Shown: piece by piece, positions 12,276 through 23,712 of the stretch
How the letters are laid out: every line of letters begins with the position of its first letter
How positions within the stretch are numbered: the first letter of the stretch is position 1
Assembly: GCA_951406725.2 (NCBI GenBank)
Contig: OX597839.1
Span: 30,442,001 to 30,506,000, forward strand
Direction of reading: 5' to 3'
DNA from: Octopus vulgaris
Lineage: Eukaryota
DNA: 64,000 nt
Program-made: the position numbers and the translations under genes
Notes under the pieces: generated by a model
Told to the model about the DNA's origin: nothing
Database searches by the model: none
What the model saw: the letters and a program-made list of their open reading frames with translations, nothing else

Positions 12276-14074
12276 TCTAATCTCTCACCTAGCACACACC
12301 CGCTTGCTCGGTCAACTTAAGAGGTCTTTGTCTTACAAGTTACTTGGTGCTGGTACCATGAAAAAAGCACCCAGTGCATACTGTAAAGTGGTTGGCGTTA
12401 AGAAGGGGCATCCAGCAGTAGAAACCATGTCAAAGCAGATAATAAAACCAGGAACAATTCCTGACCTTGCCAGCATCTGTCAGACCATCAAACCCAGCAT
12501 GGGAGGGGGTAGCCCTGAATCTCCTCCTGCCCTCAACCCATTCCATTGGTCATCTTATTCTCTCTAACTCTAAAATTACTCTTCCTCTTCTATTGTTCTA
12601 ACACTGTCCCTGCTGGTTTCTCTCCCTCTTCTCCGCCTCACAACAATAAACCAGATCCATCCAGCAGACTTCCAACTTCTCTAATCCCCACCCTCTCCAT
12701 CGTGTGGGCCCTTTTGTCTTCTGACTTACAAGGTGACCTCCCTAATGCTGGTGCAACAAAAGCAGCCCCACCCTGTGCATTCTGTAAAGTCGGTGGTGAC
12801 AGGAAGGGCATCCAGCTGTAGAAAATAGACAAAACTAAGACACTGGAGCAAGACGTGACCATCCAACCCGTTGAATCCTGTCAAAGTGTCCCACCCATAT
12901 CAGCCAAGAAAGCAGGCATGAAACAAAATGATGATGGTGACTGATGTGTGTGTGTGAGTGTGTTAGTACCTCCTTGTCTTGGCATTGCAGGATAGTCATA
13001 AACGAGTCACCACCATACAAGTTGTACCATTTGTTTCCAATCTTCCATGAAAACATGTTCAGCTAAGGGGGAAATATTACCTCATTTGGAAACAGGTGAG
13101 GGTTGTTGACAGGGAGAGCATCTGGCTGTAGAAAATTTGCCTCAATAAATTCTGTACGACCCATGCAAGCATGGAAAAGCAGATGTTAAAACGATGACGA
13201 CACTATAAATATCTGAATAAACTTATATACTTATACATACGAATATATAAGGAAATAATTTTATTCTCAAACACAGGATAATGCTAATAATATAGCATGA
13301 ACAGGATGAACTATCCATATTTTGCAGAAAAATGTGTCGGTACAGGGCCCAGGTGTAACTGTGCGGTGAGAAGTTTCGTTTCCAACTGCATGGTTCTGGG
13401 CTCAGTTCCACCGCGTGGTACCATGGTCAAGTATGTTCGACTATAACCTCAGACAGACCATCCTACACACACACACACATATCTCTTTTAAGTTTTTTTT
13501 TTTACTGGAAGCCTTTCCAATAATGCATATAAAAGCTGCTTTTCTATTATGCCGGCTGCAGTCTAATGAGGCCAACTTGGGGTCGTACCGAGCTGGGATT
13601 TCTGGAAACACGCGTAGCGATGCATTGAAATATTTAGAAATTCCATCCAAGGGTTGTAATTATTATCATTACTATACGTGTGTGTGTGTGTGCACACACA
13701 CATAGAGAGAGAGAGAGAAAGGTGTGAGCTAATGAGTTCATAACATAATCATCTTTTTCTTTTGTCATCTGTTTTTATTATTTTCGCTCTATACTCGTCT
13801 AACTCTTCGTTCTGGAGCAAAAGGATATTGAGTTCTACACCAGGTTATTAGTCTCACACCAACGTTTGACAACCGGTGCTGGGGTGTTTACATCACCGTA
13901 ATCGGCAAAAGAGATCGATAAGTATCAGGCTTTACAAAAAAAAAAAGAAAAGCATAGTAGTGGGATAGATTCCTTCGGCTAAAATTCTTTAAGGTGGCGC
14001 CCCAGCATGGCCACAGCCAAATGAGTGTAGCAAGTGAAAGAATAAAAGATTATATGTATATGTTCTTTACCTCC

Positions 14075-14130
<56 letters not shown>

Positions 14131-15876
14131 TGAGAGAGAGAGAGAGAGCACTATGTGTATATGTGACTGAAAAAGGAGAGACGGGTGTATAATATCGACT
14201 GCCTTACATAAACAAGAGTCTACATACCTGATTGCTGTACATGAATGAAGGCCTCTGATTCATAAAGTCAACGAAAAGTAATGAGAGAATGTGACGGTGG
14301 TTACAGCTAATTATTATTATTATTATTATGATTATTATTATTATTATTATGATTATTATTTTTGTGAAATGGTTGGTAGCAATGTGAGGTCCAATTTAAG
14401 GAAAGATTATCGAAAGAGAAAATGGTGTGGGAGCAATGATGGATAATCCGGGGGTGGGGAGAAAATCAACCGAGAAGAAATGAATGAATGGATCGCGACA
14501 AAAAGAAATAGAAATATATAAACGCACATTATATATAACGTGACTATGTATATACGCACAACTGCGAATGCACATTATACACACAAACACACATACATAC
14601 ATGCGCAAACATGAATATATATATATATAGAAACGCACGTACACACGCACTATATATATGTGTGTGTGTGTGCGCGTGCATGTGTGTAGCCTGCATATAC
14701 AGCAATCCTTAAGTTTTCTCAACCGAACCCAAAAGCATCATTCTAAGTGGTATAGAGATTGTATTTCTTAATTAAATTATTAATTATTGGGTAATCCCTT
14801 AAAAAAATCCTTAAATATTTGTGCAGTTCACTGGAAATCGTCTCGAATTAACAATTGGCATGAGAAAAAAATTAATATTCCAATGAACAACTGTAGTTAG
14901 AGAAGAAGTTATCAACATTTCATACACGACAATCATAGTTTAGCATGTATAATATGTATGTATAATGTGTGCGAGATATGAGTCAACACACACACATATA
15001 TATATCCACATACACATATACCTCATGAGCTAGCATGTCCATATTAAAAGTACACGCATACATATTAGAGTTAGCGTGTATATTATACACATATGCATAT
15101 ACACACATCTGCTAGGTGTTCAGATTTCTATATTACATGTATATATCGGCTACAAGTCAGCGTGTATATATTATACGTTTGGATACATGTGAAATTTAAC
15201 ATACATTGGTAGAAAGAAAAAAGTAAAGGAGTCGCAAACCCACCTTTTCCAAGTGTGTAGGGGTCAGCGAAGAAGAAAGCCAGGCGTAGAAATCTATATT
15301 TCTATATCACATGTGTATATATGTTGACGGAAATATATATGTTATACATCCTTTCGCGGCAATATTGCGTGTAAAAGAGGTGCATGTTGGTGTATAGTGA
15401 GAATGAAACAAGTGCGAGTTGTTAATTGATGTAGAGAAAGGGGGGGAATGAGTCAGAGAGGGAGAGAAAGAGAGAGAGGGAGAAGACTAGATAGAGAGGG
15501 GGGAGAAAGATAGAGAGTGGAAAGAGAGCGAAGCAGAAAGATAGAAGAAAGAGAGAAAGAGAAAGTGGGAGAGTTATTATTCGAATTTCTGTCAAATCTC
15601 TTTCTCTGAAATGTGTTTCTCTTCTAATTGAAAAGTGGTCTCACACCTGCGAGGGGAGGGTTTATTATACACACACACACACACATCCTGCAGGTATCCA
15701 TCAGCGGCCAGAAATATTTATCTACGTTGGTTTCAAGACAACAATAATTTCAGAGGAGTTCAATGAAGGCAATGACGTGGTTCAATCACCAGAAAATACC
15801 AAACATTCACTGTTTTCCCTCTTTGCTCTTGGAAGTTTACATGGCAGGGCTTCACTGACAAAAACGCGATAGAGAT

Positions 15877-15940
15877 ATGTGTGTGTGCGTGTGTATTATA
15901 TATATATGTGTGTGTGTGTGTATATATATATATGTGTGTG

Positions 15941-15976
<36 letters not shown>

Positions 15977-16097
15977 TATATATACATACATACACACACA
16001 TATATATACATACATATATACATACACATATACATACACACACATACATATACATACATATATACATACACACACACATATATACATACATATATAC

Positions 16098-16132
<35 letters not shown>

Positions 16133-16153
16133 CATACATATATACATATATAT

Positions 16154-16239
<86 letters not shown>
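15877..16239. repeat. Compound (TA)n/(CA)n/(TG)n microsatellite
   Basis: Direct. Confidence 0.95.
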
Positions 16240-16241
<2 letters not shown>

Positions 16242-16333
16242 TTAATCCAAACATGAAAACACCAAGAGAAAACACAACAACGCGAGGACGTGGAACAAAT
16301 ATAGAATTATTGGACGCTCAGGAAAGAAGGAGG

Positions 16334-16368
16334 GTTTAACGTTTCGAGCGGAGCTCTTCGTCGGAAAC
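16334..16368 (-). ncRNA. Variant minimal hammerhead-like motif (Penelope-type)
   Basis: GUUU-CCGACGA-A-GAGC(UCC)GCUC-GAAACGUU-AAAC: stem I guuu/aaac, 4-bp stem II, palindromic ACGU stem III; U4C change and one extra A. Confidence 0.5.
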
Positions 16369-16418
16369 ATAGGAAAAGGAAAGATCCAGAGAAGGGAAGA
16401 CAGAGGAAAAACAATCGC

Positions 16419-16449
<31 letters not shown>

Positions 16450-16660
16450 CACTTTATAAATAGGGTTCAGCAAAGATTTGCTTCACCACATACCGAAGTT
16501 TAGAAATAGCAGTCAAAAAATCTTAGCTATTCCTTCTAATTTAAAAGGGACTCCCAGAAAAACCAAAGTACTTGAAAACAATCCACGCAGGCAAAGGGGG
16601 GAAATGCCGAATTCTACATGGTGAAATTACTGATTACTTCTTAATTAATTAATTTTACCC

Positions 16661-16661
16661 T

Positions 16662-16710
<49 letters not shown>

Positions 16711-16825
16711 TATATATATACACACATATATATATATACACACACACACATATATATATATATATACACATATATATATATATATATACACACACACATA
16801 TATATATATATACACACACACACAC

Positions 16826-16902
<77 letters not shown>

Positions 16903-16919
16903 CACACACACACACACAC

Positions 16920-16972
<53 letters not shown>

Positions 16973-17135
16973 CACACACACATATATATATATACACACA
17001 CACACACACATATATATATATACACACTTATATATACATATACACACACACACATATTTATATATACATACACACACACACACACATATATATTTATATA
17101 TACATACACACACACACACACACACATTTATATAT

Positions 17136-17218
<83 letters not shown>

Positions 17219-17235
17219 TATTTATATATACATAT

Positions 17236-17298
<63 letters not shown>

Positions 17299-17337
17299 GA
17301 CACACACACACACACCCATATATATATATATATATAT
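16661..17337. repeat. Compound (CA)n/(TA)n microsatellite of about 680 bp with higher-order periodicity
   Basis: Direct. Confidence 0.95.
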
Positions 17338-17489
17338 CGGCGAGTTAGTCCCACCCAGCAGATGGCCCTTATACAGTTTCAATTCCTAGTTGAAACAGTT
17401 TACTTCTTCAGATTTCTAACTTTCCATTTTTGTTCGACACCAAAAGAAGAGGAAGAAGAGGCATTTATGCCTTGCTTATTATTTATTTA

Positions 17490-17685
17490 AAGCTGGCAGA
17501 ATCGCTAAATGCAAAGTTGCATTTCTTTAGGCCTGACGTTCTACGTTCAAATCCTACCAAGGTTGACGTTGCTTTTCATCGTTTCGGATCGATAAAAATC
17601 AGTACCAATTGAGTATCGATGTAATCGATTAACCCCCTCCCCCAGATTTCAGGCTTTGTGCCTGTAGTAGAGAGGATTATTATAT
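17490..17685 (+). mobile_element. SINE family C with (ATT)n tail
   Basis: agctggcagaatcg...gttcaaatcc...ttttcatc.tttcg...agtacca...ttgtgcct.tagtaga..ggattattat; many copies in the window. Confidence 0.75.
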
Positions 17686-17734
17686 TAACGTGAGGAGTGG
17701 TGATCACTATTAACAGTGTGTGTGAGTACGTATA

Positions 17735-17782
<48 letters not shown>

Positions 17783-18754
17783 GGCAGAGGTAAAGGACAC
17801 GCACACCACCCATTTTCGGCGTAACCCTAAACGCCGAAAACGGTGGTGTGTGTATGCTTTTACCTTCGCCTGTATATGTATAAACAGATATTTCTATCGC
17901 TCGTCCAAATTTTATATATTCCTTCCTTCCCACCTCTGTATTATCAATTCATTTATAAACTAATATACACACCTATGTACATATAATTACGTCTGTACTA
18001 TTGCTAATATATACACGCCAGTAATAAATCATAGTTTCAAGTAGGCTTATAAACATTTATACACCTACACAAGTAGGTCCAGAGACAGATTTCTTCTGTA
18101 TTTTTATAAGTTAAACATTTAAATACCAAACGTGTCTTTCCTCTCCACAGAAATTTCTCCCAGCTTTTAAGATACCAACAAATATCCATCAACAGTAGCC
18201 CTTAATTTCAATTATATCCCTTAATTTACACTAAATAACCTTCTTTCTCTCTGCCCCCCATTTTATTATGCTTTTGTTCTCCCAATAATTCACGCTCTGA
18301 CTCTCCTTCGCTTTCCATCGAGATCTCCTTGCAATACTTTCTCTCTTTTCCTTTCTCTCTACCTCCCTACATTCCAACTCTCCTTCCTCGTTTCGTTATC
18401 TCCTTTTCCTCACCCTCATAACATTGTACTCTTCTCACTAACCGCCCCTTATTCGTTCTTCCTCCCCAACACCCTCCCTCCATCACACACACACCTGTCC
18501 ACTGAACATAATTACGAATCCAACATGACATTTAAAAATGGTCTCCTTGTCTCACATCCTCTGCTGCTGCTGCTGGTCGATTAATCGAAGTGACTCTGAC
18601 ATACACCGACCGTTTCAAGTAATATATAGGTGTGGCTGTGCGCTAAGAAGTTGCTTTCCCTGGGAAGCGTCTTCCGCTATAGCCCCCGGCTGACCACTTG
18701 TGAGTGGAGGATCAAATCTCTCGTTTACAAGTTTGTTGTTCACACACACACATA

Positions 18755-19030
18755 GCGAGTTCGAATCCCAAACTGGGCTGTGTGTTGTGTCCTTGAGCAA
18801 GACACTTTATTTCATGTTGCTCCAGCTAACTCATCTGTAGCAATGAGTTCCTACATCGCTGGTGCCAAGCTCTATCGGCCCCTTTGCTTTTCTATTCGAT
18901 AGCATTGGTGGTGTGGAGAGAGGGGGCTGGTGGTATGCATGGCGACTGCTGGGCTTCCATAAACAACCACACAGGGGAACTTTCTAGGTGCAATCCCATG
19001 GTCATTCATGAACAAAAGGGTCTTTACCCT
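18755..19030 (+). mobile_element. SINE family D (tRNA B-box, gtgtccttgagcaagacact core)
   Basis: gagttcgaatccc, tgtgtccttgagcaagacactttatttca; copies at about 36285-36540, 39100-39220 and 63190-63500. Confidence 0.7.
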
Positions 19031-19128
19031 TTATATATGTATATATATGTATATATATACACACATATATACATATATCGTATATATATATATATATATA
19101 TATATTGTATATGTTGGTGTGTATAATG

Positions 19129-19402
19129 CAAAAGAAAGTAGGAAAATGGAAATATAGCATTTAATAAAAATTCATTATCTGCAAAAATCAAACAAGGTCC
19201 CTTACAGCTGTTTCAATTAAGCCTAAAAGATTAAATAGCAATTATAAAAATCATTATATTATATTTGCCTAATATAATGATTTTTATAATTGCTATTTAA
19301 TCTTTTAGGCTTAATTGAAACAGCTGTAAGGGACCTTGTTTGATTTTTGCAGATAATGAATTTTTATTAAATGCTATATCTCCATTTTCCTACTTTCTTT
19401 TG
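19129..19402. repeat. Near-perfect inverted repeat: 133-bp arms, 8-nt loop, one mismatch; Penelope-type terminal inversion
   Basis: 19129-19261 is the reverse complement of 19270-19402 except 19151(A)/19380(C); the arms contain GAAACAGCTGTAAG, also found in the hammerhead at 50397. Confidence 0.95.
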
Positions 19403-19980
19403 AATGATTATAAACCATGACTCATATATCAACCTATTGTTTTATGAATATCATTATTCACAACAAATACTAGGTATTGAACCAGCAATTCATTGGATGA
19501 TACCATCCCTTAATGAAGCTAATTTAACCTCTAATTGAGTATGTATATATATACATACATACATACATATATCTATGCTTGACTGCTAAATCTATAGGAT
19601 TTTTTTTTTCATTCTCTCTGTTTATTTTCTCTTATTCCTTTCTGTTGAAAAGTGTTGGGCTCGAAATGTAAAAGACTTTTTCATTTTCCCAAGCATCAAA
19701 CTAATACACCTGCTTGTTGTTCATACACCTGTCTTTGTCTTTTGTTTTTCTATAAATTTCAACTATCTACATACAGTTGCCTCATGAAGGCAATGACCAA
19801 CACCAATTAATGATGTTACCTTTTTGGTTAACAGATCAATGATTAACGAAGTCAACTTCTCGATTAATGGTGCCCACCTCTATATATATATGTGTTTGTG
19901 TGTATATATCTATCTATCTATCTCTATATATATATAGCAAATGAAAGACAGAAGATGGAATATACGAGAATATATTATTA

Positions 19981-20084
19981 ATCACAACAATTGTTTCAAC
20001 ACATCTAGCATCGACTCCACTTGTGGCACACACAAAAACTGGTTCAGGAGTATTCAGTGGTGCAGATGTATCTCGTCAGGTGAT
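19981..20084 (-). ncRNA. Type I hammerhead ribozyme, canonical core, long stem II
   Basis: AUCAC-CUGACGA-GAUACAUCU...AGAUGUGUU-GAAACAAUUGUU-GUGAU: stem I 5 bp, stem II at least 9 bp including GU pairs, palindromic stem III ACAAUUGU, GUU site (cut between 19986 and 19985). Confidence 0.8.
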
Positions 20085-20544
20085 AAATAAATAAAATGAC
20101 TTTTCCATAATGCAACTTTCCATTTTATAGAGGGAAAAACAGCCAGATGGAGGAAAATTCTTGATCTATAAAGAAGATCCCAAGAAGACAAAAAGAGAAA
20201 CAAACACTTAATCCAGCAGGAAAAAGAATATTCCATCTTCTGTCTTTCATTTTTGTCATTTACCCAACGGTCACTCTGAAAGTGACCATGCTTTACCAGT
20301 GAGCTACCAGGTGTAAACCATTCGTTTTATTACCCATTATATCTATCAATATATAAATTATTATTAAGGTGGCCCTTTGCAATTTAGAACCAAAGGACAA
20401 GTATAGCCATCAGTACAGTGACGGAGGGTGCTAATAAGCTCTAGCATTGCTAGAAATAGGAGTAAAACAACTTTTAGTCATGTGAGAGCACCTTTTGAAC
20501 AAATGACAAGAGAGACAGGCTCCTTCCCTATGACAAGCGACATG

Positions 20545-20594
20545 GAGTCATATCAGTGCTGATTTCAGACTTAATTGATCTTCATCAGTGACCC
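20545..20594 (-). ncRNA. Type I minimal hammerhead ribozyme, canonical core
   Basis: GGGUCA-CUGAUGA-AGAU(CAAUUAA)GUCU-GAAAUCAG(CA)CUGAUA-UGACUC: stem I 6 bp, stem II 4 bp, stem III up to 5 bp, AUA site (cut between 20551 and 20550). Confidence 0.8.
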
Positions 20595-20829
20595 ATTACT
20601 CAGTTGCCGAGGGTTAAAGAATCTAGCTCACCTTGTCAGCCTTACAGAGAACATGATAGGAAACATTGATTAAGTGAGAATTATAAATTATTAAGGTGGC
20701 AATTTGCAATTTAAAACCAAAAGGCAACAAGTATAGCCATCACTAAAGCAACACAATTTGATCTCAATTAGTTTATATATCTATCTATATATAGATAAAC
20801 CAATTGAGAATGAATGAGGATAGCTGTGT

Positions 20830-21543
20830 GAAAAAGTGCCACACCCTAGCAGTTGAGGGAACCTGTGGAAGAGGTAGACCCAAGAAGACCTGAGACGAGG
20901 TGGTGAAGCATGACCATCGAACATTGAGCCTCACCAAGGTAATGACTAGTGACCGGGACCTCTGGAAATATGCTGTGCTTGAGAAGACTTGGCAAGCGCA
21001 AGTGAGACCATGGCCTATGCCAGGGGTGTAACCAGTCCACTTATGTGTGCCTTTCCTTCACTGGACACTAAACTCTGCTTGCGAATACCTGTTGAGGCAA
21101 GTGAAATTGAAATCAAATTTGATGACTGGCATCTGTGCTAACCATATGAGTGAGATCGTTGCCAGAGCAACAAGCTGGCCTCTGAGCCGGTGGCACGTTA
21201 AAAACACCATTCGAGCGTGATCGTTACCCGTGTCGCCTTACTAGCACTTGTGCTGGTGGCACGTGAAAAAACATTCGAGCAAGGTCGTTGCCAGTGCCGC
21301 TGGACTGGCTCCTGTGCAGGGGGCACATAAAAGCACCATTTGAGCCATTGCCAGTACCGCCTGACTGGCGCTTGTGCCGGTGGCATGTAAAAGCACACAC
21401 TACACTCTCGGAGTGGTTGGCATTAGGAAGGGCATCCAGCTGTAGAAACTCTGCCAGATCAGATTAGAGTCTGGTGCAGCCATCAGTCAAATCGTCCAAC
21501 CCATGCTAGCATGGAAAGCGGACATTAAACGATGATGATGATG
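20830..21543 (+). mobile_element. RTE-clade LINE 3' end (family B, longest copy) with tandem sub-repeats
   Basis: GTCGRGRPKKT*DEVVKHD...MTSDRDLWKYAVLEKT resembles an RTE ORF C-terminus; repeated gtgccggtggcacgtaaaaagcac units; (GAT)n tail. Confidence 0.8.
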
Positions 21544-21560
21544 ATATATCTATCCATATA

Positions 21561-22433
21561 TATGAGGTCTGGTCAATAAGTATCCGGACTGTTGCCATAG
21601 TAACGAAGCTAAAGCACACAGAGGGAAGCCGCTTGGCAAAAATTGACCTTCAACTCTGCTGTACATGTGCACTAAGTGTTAACGTTCTGGCTCATTTCCA
21701 CTGTTTACAGCAGTGCTTAGAAGGAAAGTGTGTAGCATGTGATTGTCACATCGACCATAACAGAGAAAGTTGTCATGGTAATACCTGCCCAGAGGCCTTC
21801 ACAAAGTTGCAGAGAGTGTATGGAGAGGGGTGTATGAGCCGCACACAAGTGTCTGAGTGGTTCAGACATTTCCAAGATGGTCGAAGATATGCAGAACTGA
21901 GAAAAACATGGCAGATGTGTGTGCAGCTGTGAGGGGAAATTGTGAATTCACCATCCGTGAGTTATCAGAGGATGTGCAGATAAGTTACGGTTCAGTTCAG
22001 TCCATTATCACTGAAGATTTGGGTAGGAGACACATGTCTGCCAAGTTTGTGCCAAAACTGCTTTCAATTGACCAAAAAGACACTTGGTTTTCGGTCGTAC
22101 AAGATCTCCTTGATTGTGTTGAGAATGATGAAAACTTTTTTGAAAACTTTGCACAGACATCGCCAAGTTTTTGAGCAAGTATCACCAAGTTTTTGACAAA
22201 ATTTGATGCAGATTCTCTGCTCAACTTTCTCTGTCATAATCAATGCGACAATCACACGCTACACACCTTCCTTCCAAGCACTGCTGTAAACAGTGGAAGT
22301 GAGCTAGAACGTTAAAACTTAGTGCGCATGCACAACAAAGCTCAAGGTCAATTTGTGCAAAGCAGCTTCAGTCTGCATGCTTTAGCTTCGTTACTATAGC
22401 AACAGTCCGGATACTTATTGATCAGATCGTGTA
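21561..22433. mobile_element. Non-autonomous mariner with about 210-bp inverted repeats (two left ends) and a degenerate transposase N-terminal half
   Basis: TA-flanked tgaggtctggtcaataagtatccggactgttgc / gcaacagtccggatacttattgatcaga; + frames EAFTKLQRVYGEGCMSRTQVSEWFRHFQDGR and TIRELSEDVQISYGSVQSIITEDLG..SAKFVPKLL; - strand MTEKVEQRICIKFCQKLG (mariner HTH start). Confidence 0.9.
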
Positions 22434-22804
22434 TATCAATTTTTAATCACATAATTAGCAATCTTAATTGCTAAATCACGTGTTGCTTGATTGCAGTCAT
22501 CAAATTGAAATCTCCCTCAAATTCAATATGGGACAAGGTGTATTACATCAATTAATAATTTGTTTGATTGAATATCATCTGCTTTATGTCATCTATGCAA
22601 GCCATGTTCACACTTGACGGTACTTGCCTGTACCACGACTTTCTCTCTCTCTCACACACACATAGGTATGTTTGTTTGTTTGTTTGTATGTGTATATATA
22701 TATATATATATATATAGATAGATAGATAGATAGATAGATAGACAGATAGTTGCAACTCAAGCGTAGATGCATGTCGGTCCTTATGATCATGTAGTCTCAG
22801 ACAC

Positions 22805-23110
22805 ATGGCTTCCTTGCTGACCAGACCTCAACCCACTGGACTATTACATGTGGGGGGTACTTGTGAGAGAGAGGTCCATCAACACCCCCATAATACCAGA
22901 CAATATCTCAAGTCCACCATAACTAGTATTATGTCCAAAACTGATTCAGGCACCTCAACTCTTCTGACCCCATATTGAAGCAGCCATTGATGCTAACGGT
23001 GGATTCATTGAATAGGTGTGATAAAAGGATTTTCAAGATTTTTTGCACCAATTTGTTTTCAAATACAGCTTTTCATTGATGAGCTATGTGTCTTTTTCTA
23101 AATTCATAAA
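22805..23110 (+). mobile_element. Tc1/mariner-superfamily (maT/DD37D-like) transposase C-terminal remnant
   Basis: WLPC*PDLNPLDYYMWG and later EAAIDANGGFIE*. Confidence 0.7.
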
Positions 23111-23514
23111 AAAACAGACACAGTCTGTACATGAACATAGACAGACAGCAACAATATGGAAAAGATTTACCACAAACCACCATGACACACAACGAGGAAA
23201 ACTTTTATGAAATCAATGAGAGTTTATACACAGGAGGGGATTCTGTTTCCATCCAAGTCTCCTGAATTTGTTTTACTGCAAAGAAGATCATATAAGTCGT
23301 GTGTCTGGAATAACAAAAGCCACACTTTCTATATGTAGGTTTCTGTGTGTGTGTGTGTGCAATGGACTGACATCCCATCCAGGAGGGGAACCTATACGCC
23401 AATGAAATTGGGAAACCGGCTCTTATGAGCCAGGCATGGCTTAAGAAGGAACAAACAATGTGTACGTGTGTGTACATGTGTCTGAGGGAGAGGTTGTGTG
23501 AGTATATAAATATC

Positions 23515-23712
23515 ATCATTTAACGTCCTCCTTCCATGCTGGCATGGGTTGGACGGTTTGACAGGAGGTGGCCCGGCGGGGGCCTGTGCCATGCTTATGA
23601 GTGTGTTTTGGCATGGCTTTTACAGCTGGATGCTCTTCCAAATGCCAACCACTTTGCAGTGTGGACTGGGTGCTTTTTATGTGATACCTGCACCGGCAGG
23701 GTCATGAAGTAC
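23515..23712 (-). mobile_element. Family B RTE-tailed repeat
   Basis: catcatcatttaacgtc..ttccatgctggcatgggttggacggtttgac. Confidence 0.75.

Noticed and set aside
15760-17382. Many long ORFs (poly-YI, CV, HT)
   Set aside because: Translations of stop-poor (TA)n/(CA)n microsatellites; no protein-like content.
21633-22255. ORFs resembling SETMAR/GVQW3-type genes
   Set aside because: Frameshifted, truncated mariner transposase fragments inside TIRs; no DDD catalytic domain.
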